A stretch of 45,440 nucleotides of DNA from Gaiellaceae bacterium (GTDB taxonomy: Bacteria; Actinomycetota; Thermoleophilia; Gaiellales; Gaiellaceae). Location of the stretch: assembly GCA_046714355.1 (NCBI GenBank), contig JBKKAR010000191.1, positions 1 to 45,440 on the forward strand, in the 5' to 3' direction. Shown in pieces: positions 8,226 through 16,540 of the stretch. Under the pieces are notes generated by a model. That model was not told the origin of the DNA and did not search any database. It was given only the letters and a program-made list of their open reading frames with translations. The translations under genes were made by a program, and so were the position numbers. Each line of letters starts with the position of its first letter. Position 1 is the stretch's first letter.

Positions 8226-9355
8226 TGGCGCATCAGGCTCGCCGCGTGCGGCAGCCTCAGCCGAACCACGGATCCCGCTCCGACGGTCGACTCGAGCTCG
8301 ACTTCGCCCCCCAGCGCGTCCACCGCGGCGCCCACGATCGCAAGTCCGAGCCCGAAGCCGGAATTGGCGCCCACCGGACCGCTGTAGAACCGGTCGAAGA
8401 CGCGCGACCGGTCGGCGGCCGCGATACCCCGGCCTGTGTCGGAGACCGTGATCTCTACTGAGCCTTCACGCTCCTCGGCGGCGAGGACGATCCGCCCGAG
8501 GCTCGTGTTCTTCGCAGCGTTCTCGGCCAGATTCGACAAGGCCTGCTCGAGCAGCTGGCGGTTCGTCACGACTGCCACCTGCGGCCGACAGGAGACCACG
8601 ACCTCGACCCCCTCCGGCGGCCGCAGCCTCGAGGCTGTCTCGGAGAGAAGGACGTCGAGCCCGACGAGCTCGTCTCGCGGCGCCTCAACCCCCATCTGGG
8701 CGCGGGCGAGGATCAGCAGCGCGCGAGCCAGACGCGTGAGACGAGCGGACGCGCGCTCGATGTGGGCGAGGAAGACGTCCCGCTCGTCGCTGTCCTTCGC
8801 GCCGGCCTGAAGAACCTCGATCGCGCTCACGATCGCCGCCAGGGGACTTTGGAGCTCATGGGCTGCGTTGGTGACGAAGTCCCGCTCTGCACGCTCCTGA
8901 CGTTCCTGCAACGTGACGTCCTGGAAGAGCGAGAGAGCGCCGAGGGCGTGTCCCGCCGAATCTCGAACCGGCGTGGTGGCGACTTCGATCACGACTGGCG
9001 TCCCATCAGCAGCTGTGAGCTGAATCCGTTCGCCGCTGACGGCCTCGCCGGTACGAAGGGTCCGTTCGAGCGGAAGCTCGTCGAGAAGATGACGGTGACC
9101 GGAGGTCTCTTTCTCGACGCCGAGGATGGTCAGGGCTCGATCGTTGATCATCAGGACCTTCCCGTCGGGATCGACGATCACGAGGCCGGCCGGCATGTTT
9201 TCGACGACCGCCGCCAGGCGCGCGCGTTCCTCCTCGAGCTCCGCCGTCCGTACGACAACGCGTGCTTCGAGAGCCGCGGCGAAGCGCCGCATCGCATCCT
9301 CAGCGGCAGCCTGCTTGCCAAGCGCGGTCTCTCTCAAGTCTCGTTCCTTCCCCAC
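8222..9355 (-). CDS. soluble PAS-domain sensor histidine kinase
   Basis: No TM segment. Coiled-coil head, PAS-like region (VENMPAGLVIVDPDGKVLMIND...), H-box FVTNAAHELQSPL, N/G boxes (NLAENAAKNT, DTGRGI, GFGLGLAIV). 4-nt overlap with the regulator gene. Start could be the TTG 18 nt downstream. Confidence 0.9.
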   Translation of the reverse strand: MGKERDLRETALGKQAAAEDAMRRFAAALEARVVVRTAELEEERARLAAVVENMPAGLVIVDPDGKVLMINDRALTILGVEKETSGHRHLLDELPLERTLRTGEAVSGERIQLTAADGTPVVIEVATTPVRDSAGHALGALSLFQDVTLQERQERAERDFVTNAAHELQSPLAAIVSAIEVLQAGAKDSDERDVFLAHIERASARLTRLARALLILARAQMGVEAPRDELVGLDVLLSETASRLRPPEGVEVVVSCRPQVAVVTNRQLLEQALSNLAENAAKNTSLGRIVLAAEEREGSVEITVSDTGRGIAAADRSRVFDRFYSGPVGANSGFGLGLAIVGAAVDALGGEVELESTVGAGSVVRLRLPHAASLMRQ

Positions 9356-9396
9356 CCCTTTATCGTCACACGCGACCGCGCAATAATCGACGCATC

Positions 9397-9732
9397 GTGA
9401 ACGAACGGGGAAAGCGCATCGGCCAGAACGAAGTCGTCTTTCGCGAGGTCAACGAGCGGCTTCGAGAGCTCGGGGAGAGCTTCAGCCTGGTGAGCGAGCT
9501 GAGTGAGTTCGTGTGCGAGTGCGCCAACACGTCCTGCACTGAGCGGGTGCAGATGCCCCTCGCTGACTACGAGCACATCCGCTCCGATCCGAAATGGTTC
9601 TTGATCGTCTCGGGTCACGAGGAGGCGGACTACGAGCGCGTGATCGAGGAGAAGGACGGCTACGCGGTGGTCGAGAAGAATCCGGGCGGCCCGGCCGGCG
9701 TGGCGATCAGGGACGACCCGCAGAACGGGTAG
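9397..9732 (+). CDS. small conserved CxC-x4-C protein, unknown function (paralog of 41226..41570)
   Basis: In-frame GTG at 9397 inside track ORF 9262..9732. The region upstream of it overlaps the kinase gene. VNERGKRIGQNEVVFREVNERLREL...EFVCECANTSCTERVQMPLADYEHIRSDPKWFLIVSGHEE...VVEK. AATAAT box 9 nt upstream. Confidence 0.7.
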   Translation: MNERGKRIGQNEVVFREVNERLRELGESFSLVSELSEFVCECANTSCTERVQMPLADYEHIRSDPKWFLIVSGHEEADYERVIEEKDGYAVVEKNPGGPAGVAIRDDPQNG

Positions 9733-10558
9733 CGCTGAGCGCGCTGACAGCCGCCTCGTAGACCGGGTCGCGGACGAACACGTCGAGCTCGTCCGAGAGG
9801 AGGTCGCTCGGCATGCGAGCGCCGCCCACCGGCAACTCGTCCGCCCGCTCGATCTCGACCTCGATCCCGGAGCGAGAGCGAATCCACCCGGCGACAAGGG
9901 CGGTCTCGGCGGGCGGGCCGGTGATTCGATCGGGGACGTCGGGCCAGCTCCCTGCGAGCGCGCGGCGCCAGGGAAGCGTCCGCCGCCAGGCGATGTCGGA
10001 GACGGCCACTCGGGCGAAGAGCGCTACCAACTCCTCAGACGCCTCAGAGACGTCCGGCCACTCCGCAGAGTCGACGACGAGCCGGTCGACGACGTCGACC
10101 AGCTGCTCGAAGACCGGGGAACCAAAGTCGGGACGGCCACGCCAGCGAAGGAAGACGGGGAGGTCCGGCAACAGGAGCGGCAGCACGATGCTCGCGGGCG
10201 CCTGGGATCGGATCCCGCGCAGCCGCAACTCCGCGACCTCGTTGCAGAGGTGTCGCGTGGTGCCGGGCATCTCGTAGCACTCGAGGAGAACCCGTGCATA
10301 GAGGCCGTCTGCGGCGTCAGGCTCGGGAAAGAGCAACAGCGTTCGCGAGGGGTGGCGCTCTGCCAGCCCGGCCAGGGTGTCAGTGGCCGCTTCCTGCCAC
10401 TCCTGCGGGACCCACGCGAGGTGCGTGAGGACGCTCGTCCGAAGGTTGCGCGTCCCTTCGAAGCCCCGGCGCAGGCGCAACTCCACGAGCGCCTGTTCGA
10501 CCTCCACGACGGTGGTGCACTCGTCCGTCCATTCGTCGACGTGGGCTATCGGTGCCAC
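9707..10558 (-). CDS. opcA: glucose-6-phosphate dehydrogenase assembly protein OpcA
   Basis: Lies directly downstream of zwf. The sequence recalls OpcA proteins as I remember them (e.g. RNLRTSVLTHLAWVP, SRTLLLFPEP, LPVFLRWRGRP). Start placed at GTG 10558 (13-nt overlap with zwf). The longer track ORF to 10666 would lie inside zwf. Confidence 0.8.
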   Translation of the reverse strand: MAPIAHVDEWTDECTTVVEVEQALVELRLRRGFEGTRNLRTSVLTHLAWVPQEWQEAATDTLAGLAERHPSRTLLLFPEPDAADGLYARVLLECYEMPGTTRHLCNEVAELRLRGIRSQAPASIVLPLLLPDLPVFLRWRGRPDFGSPVFEQLVDVVDRLVVDSAEWPDVSEASEELVALFARVAVSDIAWRRTLPWRRALAGSWPDVPDRITGPPAETALVAGWIRSRSGIEVEIERADELPVGGARMPSDLLSDELDVFVRDPVYEAAVSALSATRSAGRP

Positions 10559-12042
10559 TGGATGAGCTCCTGCGCCGCCTGAGGACCCCAGGTCCCGGCT
10601 GCGTAGTTCGGGAACGACGGCCGGTCCCGGCGCCAGGCGGCCACGATGGAATCGACGAGTGCCCACTGCTCCTCGATCTCGTCGGCACGCGTGAAGAGGG
10701 TGGCGTCGCCGAGCATGGCGTCGAGGATCAGCCGTTCGTACGCCTCGGGCAGACCGGTACGGAAGGCTCCGCCGTAGAGGAAATCCATGTGCACCGTGCG
10801 GACCCGCATTCCCTCGCCCGGGACCTTGGCGCCGATCGCGAGCGACACGCCCTCGTTGGGCTGGATATGGACGATCAACAGGTTAGGCCGGAGCTCGCTC
10901 GCGTCCTCGAACAGCGGATGCGGAACGCGCTTGAACTGGATCGCGATCGTCGTCTCCCGGCGCGGCAGCCGCTTGCCCGTACGAATGTAGAAGGGCGTGT
11001 CCGCCCAGCGCCAGTTGTCCACGTGGAGCTTCGCGGCGACGAACGTCTGCGTCTCGGAGCCGCCCGCGACACCTTCCTCCTCCCGGTAGCCCACCGCCGG
11101 CTCGCCCTCGATGAACCCGGGGCCGTACTGCCCGCGCACGACCTCGGTCGGCGCCGGGGTTCCGAGCGCCTTCAACACCTTGAGCTTCTCGTTCCGGACC
11201 GAGTCGGCGGTGAAGTCGATCGGCGGCTCCATCCCCGTCAGGGCGACGAGCTGCAGCAGGTGGTTCTGGAACACGTCGCGGACCGCGCCGGCCTGCTCGT
11301 AAAAGCCGGCGCGGTTCTCGATTCCGATCGACTCGGCGACCGTGATCTGCACGTGGTCGATGAACTGGCGGTTCCAGACGGGCTCGAAGATGCCGTTGGC
11401 GAACCGCAGCGCCAGGAGGTTCTGGACGGTGTCCTTCCCGAGGTAGTGGTCGATGCGGAAGATCTCGTCCTCGGTGAAATGCCGCGCGAGCAGCTCGTTG
11501 AGCTCGCGGGCCGACTGGAGGTCTTGGCCGAACGGCTTCTCGATGATCAGCCTCGTCCAGCCGGTCGTGGTGCGGCGCTCCCCCAGTTCCTCGACGAGCT
11601 TGGGCATCGCGGTGGGCGGGACCGCGAGGTAGTAGACGCGGTTGCCGCGAGTGCCAAACTCGCCGTCCAGGTCGGTCAGGGATCGTGAGATGCCGTCCTC
11701 GTCGTCATCCTCGTCGGCGAACTCGGTCGCGCGGTAGCGGGTGTGGCTCGCCAGCCGCTCCCAGACCTCCTGCCGGAACTCGTCGCGGCCGAACTCGCGG
11801 ACAGCGGTCTCCATCGCGGCGACGAAGTCCTCGGAGGCCTGCTCCGTGCGGGCGACGCCAAGGACGGCGAACTGCTCCGGCAACAGGTCGCGGAAGGCGA
11901 GCGCGTAGAGCGCCGGGAAGATCTTGCGGCGCGTCAGGTCTCCCGAAGCGCCGAAGATCGTCAGGACGCAGGGCTCCGAGCGGCGTCGGAGCTCGAGCCC
12001 CTCGGCGAGCGGGTTCTCAGTCGCGACGGACTGCATGTCCAC
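10546..12042 (-). CDS. zwf: glucose-6-phosphate 1-dehydrogenase
   Basis: FGASGDLTRRKIFPALY dinucleotide fold, RIDHYLGKDTVQN active-site motif, 498 aa. The start may be a few codons downstream; it overlaps the gnd end. Confidence 0.95.
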   Translation of the reverse strand: MDMQSVATENPLAEGLELRRRSEPCVLTIFGASGDLTRRKIFPALYALAFRDLLPEQFAVLGVARTEQASEDFVAAMETAVREFGRDEFRQEVWERLASHTRYRATEFADEDDDEDGISRSLTDLDGEFGTRGNRVYYLAVPPTAMPKLVEELGERRTTTGWTRLIIEKPFGQDLQSARELNELLARHFTEDEIFRIDHYLGKDTVQNLLALRFANGIFEPVWNRQFIDHVQITVAESIGIENRAGFYEQAGAVRDVFQNHLLQLVALTGMEPPIDFTADSVRNEKLKVLKALGTPAPTEVVRGQYGPGFIEGEPAVGYREEEGVAGGSETQTFVAAKLHVDNWRWADTPFYIRTGKRLPRRETTIAIQFKRVPHPLFEDASELRPNLLIVHIQPNEGVSLAIGAKVPGEGMRVRTVHMDFLYGGAFRTGLPEAYERLILDAMLGDATLFTRADEIEEQWALVDSIVAAWRRDRPSFPNYAAGTWGPQAAQELIQWHR

Positions 12043-12883
12043 CGAACTGGTTCCTCAGTGCCGCGTTGACTTTGGCGGCAAAGGACTCGTCCTGTCGCGA
12101 CGCGAAGCGGGCGTAGAGCGCGGCTGTGATCACGTGGAGGGGCACCGCGGTGTCGATCGCTTGCTCGACGGTCCAGCGACCTTCCCCCGAGTCCTCGACG
12201 TAGCCCCGGATGCCCTCCAGGGCCGGGTCTTCCGCGAGCGCCTTGGCCAGAAGGTCGAGCAGCCAGCTCCGGACGACGGAACCGTGGCGCCACATCTCTG
12301 CGACGGCGGCGAGATCCAGGTCGAACTCCGAGGCCTGCATCAGATCGAAGCCCTCGGCGTAGGCCTGCATCAGCCCGTATTCGACGCCGTTGTGGACCAT
12401 CTTCACGAAGTGCCCTGCGCCCGAGGGGCCGACATGGGCATAGCCGCCATCCGGTGCCAGCGCTTCGAACACCGGCCGAAGGCGGCCGATCGGCTCGGGG
12501 TCGCCGCCCGCCATGAGCGCGAACCCCTCGCGCAGCCCCCAGATCCCGCCCGAGACGCCCACGTCGAGGAAGTGGACGCCCTTCTCGGCGCTTTCGGCGG
12601 CGCGACGTTGCGAGTCGCGGAAGTTCGAGTTGCCGCCGTCGACGATCGTGTCACCGGCGTCGAGGATTCCGAGGAGGCCCTGGAACGTGCTCTCGGTGAC
12701 TTCGCCGGCGGGAACCATCATCCAGACGTGGTGCGGCGAGTCCAGCTGCTGCGCGAGCTCGACGAGCGATGCCGCCGTCGACTCGACGTTGGGGTCGTAG
12801 GTCTTGACGTCGTGTCCGGCCTGGCCGAGGCGCTCGGTCATCCCGGAGCCCATCCGGCCGAGCCCCACCATCCCGAGCTGCAC
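12017..12883 (-). CDS. gnd: 6-phosphogluconate dehydrogenase, short (YqeC/GndA-like, ~288 aa) form
   Basis: VQLGMVGLGRMGSGM Rossmann start, GGNSNF, FLDVGVSGG, HFVKMVHNGVEYG, C-terminal RNQFGGH. GTG at 12883. The track ORF extension to 13156 runs into IS sequence. Confidence 0.85.
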   Translation of the reverse strand: MQLGMVGLGRMGSGMTERLGQAGHDVKTYDPNVESTAASLVELAQQLDSPHHVWMMVPAGEVTESTFQGLLGILDAGDTIVDGGNSNFRDSQRRAAESAEKGVHFLDVGVSGGIWGLREGFALMAGGDPEPIGRLRPVFEALAPDGGYAHVGPSGAGHFVKMVHNGVEYGLMQAYAEGFDLMQASEFDLDLAAVAEMWRHGSVVRSWLLDLLAKALAEDPALEGIRGYVEDSGEGRWTVEQAIDTAVPLHVITAALYARFASRQDESFAAKVNAALRNQFGGHAVRRD

Positions 12884-12886
12884 TAG
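12883..12886. repeat. CTAG target-site duplication, left copy
   Basis: CTAG directly abuts IR-L. An identical CTAG abuts IR-R at 16558-16561. Confidence 0.65.
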
Positions 12887-12915
12887 GAGGGCTTGGCGCT
12901 TCGATTGGCGGAACG
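12887..12915 (+). repeat. terminal inverted repeat IR-L
   Basis: GAGGGCTTGGCG CTTCGATTGGCG GAACG. The middle 12 nt look like an internal duplication of the TTGGCG core relative to IR-R. Confidence 0.7.
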
Positions 12916-13019
12916 GTACATAGCGTCGATCTTCGCAGGAGCGTCGGGCCTCGGAAGCGCAAGACGGAGGCGAAGTGAGTACGAAACGGCAGGTAGCAGC
13001 ACGAAAGGCCGAACGAGAA

Positions 13020-13038
13020 CAGGGGCTCACCGCCCCTG
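13020..13038 (-). terminator. hairpin downstream of transposase stop
   Basis: CAGGGG-ctcaccg-CCCCTG, 6-bp stem. On the minus strand it is followed by TTCTCGTT. Lies 27 nt after the transposase stop. Confidence 0.35.
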
Positions 13039-13064
13039 CCCTTCTGATCGAGAGAACGAGCGGG

Positions 13065-14264
13065 CTACGCCGCGAGTGGGACGGCTCGCGCTCGGGCGAG
13101 CGTCTGAGCGAGTGTGGCGAGCATGGTGAGGTCGGTGTGGAGTGCCACGCGCTCAAGTCCCCGGACGCGGAGCGGCTTCAATCCGTACTCGTTCTTGAGC
13201 CGCCCGAAGGCTCGCTCGACCGAGGCGCGGCCTCGGTAGAGGTCGCCCCATCGCTTCGACTCGCGGGGGACGAGGGGGTGGAGGCGGGAGGCTTTGATCC
13301 AGACGCTCGCGGGCGCGCAGGCGAGAAGTTCCAACTGTCCGCGCTTGGCAGCCGCAGCATGTGGGCAGCGCCACTTCGTCGCGTTCCGCTTCACGTCGGC
13401 TCCGGCGAACGTCCATGTGCCGTGTTCGCACTCGGGAGCATGGTGGTCGCCGCGCTTGACGCCGGTTGTCTTGCGGAGCGGGATGATCGGGAGCGCCCCG
13501 GCCTGTTCGACAGCCTCGTAGACGGGGTTCACGTCGTAGCCCTTGTCGAGGGCGACCGTCTCGGGCTGGAACTTCCGTTCGCGGACGCGCTGCAAGAGGT
13601 CGTCGGCGAGGCTCGATTCGTGGGCGCAGGCCGTTTCGACTCGCTAGGCGACCGGAAGGTCGGTGCGGGCGCAGACGGCGGCGCTCAGCTTGTACCCATA
13701 GAACCCGCCGCCCTTCCGAGTGCTGATTGCGGAGCGGTGCCCCCAGGAGGCGTCCGGGTCGGAGAACCGCTCGCGCTCCGGGCCGTTCTTGCTGAGGTAC
13801 CGCTGCCCGTTCGCGTAGGCGGGGAGGTCGGAGGCGTCGATGGCGAGGTCGCGCCCGTACTCGGGAAGCTGGACGCGGAGGGCGGCGGTCACGCGGTCGA
13901 GGCAGTCGGCGAGTGCGCCCGAGTGCTCGCGGAGCTTGCGGGCGAAGCGGTAGCAGGCCCAATGCGAGGGCGTCCCGCCGAGAACATCGGCCAGCGCCCG
14001 GTGCTCGGCGATCAGGCGGGCCGTCCGCGTCCACGTCGGGAGCGCATACAGGCTCTTGACGAGGCAGGCTCCGACCATCGTGCGAGCGCCGTAGCCTTTC
14101 TGTCCTGTCTCTCGAAGCGCGTCAAGCGCCGAGATCAGGTGTGCAATCTCGGGGGAATCGAGAACTTGAGAGAGAGAGTTTCGGCGACTCCGTTGGGTCG
14201 CCCTGTTACCCTGATTCCTGCCAAGCGAGTTGCCTCTCGTTTGGTCATGGCCCCGGAAGTTCAC
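13065..14264 (-). pseudogene. IS5/InsH-like DDE transposase interrupted by an in-frame TAG (13646-13644)
   Basis: Track ORFs 13644..14438 and 13065..13595 are in the same frame, separated by one TAG (...CARTDLPVA*RVETACAHE...). N-terminal InsH-type region (GQKGYGARTMVGACLVKSLYALPTWTRTARL). DDE elements LAIDASD, VALDKGYD, RASVERAFGRLKNEYG. The start is uncertain: either GTG 14264, or ATG 14248 in another frame. Confidence 0.8.
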
Positions 14265-14285
14265 GCTTCGCGGGGCCTCTTTTTT
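14249..14285 (+). terminator. canonical hairpin plus T-run at the transposase 5' end
   Basis: GGCCCCG GAAG ttcacg CTTC g CGGGGCC followed by TCTTTTTTC: an 11-bp interrupted stem and a T6 run, which is rare in this G+C-rich DNA. On the minus strand the same hairpin ends directly at ATG 14248. Confidence 0.5.
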
Positions 14286-14346
14286 CCTATCTACAAGCCA
14301 AAGTATGACCAGGGCATCGGACGGCACAGCCCTGTCCAAACGGGAC

Positions 14347-15135
14347 TCAGTCGAAGTCCGAGGCGAACGTCTCCACGAACGCGCGCACCCAGGCATAGAC
14401 CTCCAGAAGTGCGTAAGCACTGAGCCATCGCTCGCCAAAGGCTATGTCGAAGGCCGGGTAGCCGTGCATCTGCACCTGCGGGTTCGGCCCGCTCGGGGAG
14501 AGCAGGATGCGGGCGATTTCTGCGCCTTCTTTCAGGCGGCGTCCTCCGGCGATCTTGACCTGCTCGAACCCGAGATGTTCACCGTGTCCCGGCCCGGCGT
14601 CGTCGTTGACCACGAACGTCAGGCCGGGCCAGGGCGGGCCTTGCATGAAGCCGTTGGTCGGGTGGACGATGCGGTGTTTTGTCGGTGTTGGAAAGCCACG
14701 CGAGGATGGTGAGGACGTGGTTCTTCGCGCTCTGCCCAGCATTGTGTGGCTGTGCCTGCTCGATGAGTGCCCGATGCTGTGGAGTGATCCGTCCGAGCCG
14801 CTTCTCAACGTCGCCTGCAACTTCGGCCTCGGTGACGTAGATCGGGAAGCGGGTGTGTTTATTCGGTCGCTCGCCGTTCAGGAGGACGAGCTGCCAGAGG
14901 AGGTGATCGAGCGCGGCTCGGGTGTTCTGGGTGAAGTCGCCGAGGATGGTGCCGAGGCGCAGGGGAGGCTTATCTCGGATGTGGATGCGAAAGACGTACT
15001 CGCTGGACTCAGGCTCGAACTCGCCGACGATTTCGTAGGGGTGGGTCGCAAGAAGGCGGCGGTTTCCTGATCGAGCGTTTCCAGGTGTTCCCATGCCCGG
15101 TCGAGTTTCGCCCGGACTCCCTCTAGCCACGGCAC
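14347..15135 (-). pseudogene. passenger gene of unknown function broken by two frameshifts
   Basis: Three overlapping track ORFs (14878..15135, 14579..15130, 14347..14820) read as one protein if 1 nt is adjusted near 15045-15056 (ETAAFL|ATHPYEIV) and in the T4/A4 run at 14677-14680 (WLSNTDK|HRIVHPTNGF). Contains NTRAALDH (an R-x4-H motif). Confidence 0.65.
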
Positions 15136-15345
15136 GCGCCGACGCTACTGCACTTGGGGCGGCAGTCTGACGGCGAAGGCGGGGCGGACGTTAGTCCGTG
15201 CGTCCGTCTCGTCCTCGTGGAGGGGACACCCGGCTACGCGCCGCACTCTTCGTTGTCCATCGGTTTCTCATTGGCGGCGAGCACAACGCCGAGGCTGGCG
15301 TGAACCGGCCCGGACTGCGTACAGCTTTGCAGCCGGACGAACTGC

Positions 15346-16011
15346 CTACGACTTCGCGGTCGAGGCGCGCTTTGGCTGCTCGAAAATCCGTTCGCCGGTC
15401 GTGCTGAACGCGGCAATCCTGAGATTCTCGCTCGAAGGAGGAGGGTCGAAGATGTACGTGTTATCGACGACCGCGGTCTCTGCAACAACGTCGCCCGCTT
15501 CGTCAACAAACGCGACCCTCGCCACTCCGTCAGCTGCGAACCCCGCGCTTCTGTAGACAGTCAACATCCTCGGCGGGCCTTCGTCGCTAGCGCCCGGACT
15601 GTGAAATACGGTGAAGTCGAGGATCGGCCGAACGGCGGACGGGAATTGCGGCGAGCAGCCGATCTGACTGAACGACTCGGTCGTCGGCAGTGCCGAGCCA
15701 GTGGCAAAACACTGCGCGTCGATTCGGTAAAAGGCGTGGCCTTTCCGCTGTCCCAGGATCAGGATTCGCCCGATCTTGCGGCCATCATCGGCCAGTCTCT
15801 GTAACACGAATTCATCACTGGGGAGGGCGGCCCGGTATGGCTTCCCTGGATTGCTCACGCGATTGAGCGCACCCGGGTCAGCTGCCGGATGTTGAGCACT
15901 CGGCCCCTCGGGCTGGGCAGAGCCGCATCCCGCAAGCGCGAGCGCCGCCAACGCGATGCTGAGTGTTTTGCTGCGCGGCCGTGTAGTAGGACGCCGTGTC
16001 AAAGGACCCAA
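15346..16011 (-). CDS. putative lipoprotein, unknown function
   Basis: Positively charged n-region followed by lipobox LALAGC|GS. TTG start at 16011 overlaps the upstream ORF by 13 nt. Lower G+C than core genes. Confidence 0.65.
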   Translation of the reverse strand: MGPLTRRPTTRPRSKTLSIALAALALAGCGSAQPEGPSAQHPAADPGALNRVSNPGKPYRAALPSDEFVLQRLADDGRKIGRILILGQRKGHAFYRIDAQCFATGSALPTTESFSQIGCSPQFPSAVRPILDFTVFHSPGASDEGPPRMLTVYRSAGFAADGVARVAFVDEAGDVVAETAVVDNTYIFDPPPSSENLRIAAFSTTGERIFEQPKRASTAKS

Positions 16012-16379
16012 ATGTCGCCTCTAATGTACGACTGGTCGCCGCTCTGGTACCCGAGGTACGGCCTGTTGTAGCCACCGCATGGCCCTGAGGCCGTCGACAT
16101 GTAGTAGGTATCTGGGCCGGGAACAGTTTGATAGCACCAGTCGCTCGCCGAGTAGCTGAAGATTGCGAACGACACATAGCCGCCGCTCCCCACCCGAAGT
16201 TGGTACAGGTACCAGTAGTTCGTCGGGCCTGCCACCCAAGTGTTGACGGTAGGTGTGACATAGTTCCACCCCCACCAGGCGTGGGCTGGCTCCCACTGCC
16301 ACGGGGCGTCTGCAGCTGCCGTTGAAGGCGCGCCGAGGAACGCCAGGCAGACCGCGAAAACGAGTATGAATCGCCTCAC
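15999..16379 (-). CDS. small secreted Trp/Tyr-rich protein, unknown function
   Basis: Signal peptide MRRFILVFAVCLAFLGAPSTAAADA. The ~100-aa mature part is rich in W/Y/G (PWQWEPAHAWWGWNY, NYWYLYQLRVGSGGY) and has two Cys. Hand count of line 16021-16080 gives about 60% G+C. Confidence 0.6.
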   Translation of the reverse strand: MRRFILVFAVCLAFLGAPSTAAADAPWQWEPAHAWWGWNYVTPTVNTWVAGPTNYWYLYQLRVGSGGYVSFAIFSYSASDWCYQTVPGPDTYYMSTASGPCGGYNRPYLGYQSGDQSYIRGDIWVL

Positions 16380-16488
16380 GTCAACGGAAGCTTACTGGAT
16401 CATGCAGGAGGCGCAAGCTGACCTGTGATGAGGCGAAACCGCACTTGGCGAACTGAGTATTGCGTTGGGTAAGGCCGCTCCGCTCTTG

Positions 16489-16512
16489 GGGTAGCCGCCC
16501 GTCCAGCTACCC
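16489..16512 (-). terminator. hairpin in the non-coding right end of the element
   Basis: GGGTAGC-cgcccgtcca-GCTACCC, 7-bp stem, 45 nt downstream of the pgi stop on the minus strand. No U-tract. Confidence 0.3.
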
Positions 16513-16540
16513 TGAGAACCGTATGGCTAGACGGCTACAG

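Noticed and set aside
12946-12953. An 8-nt match GCCTCGGA (12946) with its complement near 14353-14360, my first guess for the IS inverted repeats.
   Set aside because: It is too short and does not extend. It is superseded by the 16/17 match with CTAG flanks at 12887-12915 and 16541-16557.
12884-13156. N-terminal extensions of track ORFs for gnd (to 13156), opcA (to 10666), pgi (to 18177), ddl (to 31060), pbpA (to 34137), fhaA (to 37728), dcd (to 23461), tkt (from 19373) and gabT (from 26061).
   Set aside because: The extensions overlap the upstream gene or IS sequence in another frame and lack family similarity. In each case an internal start restores the canonical N-terminus and a coupled or leaderless junction.
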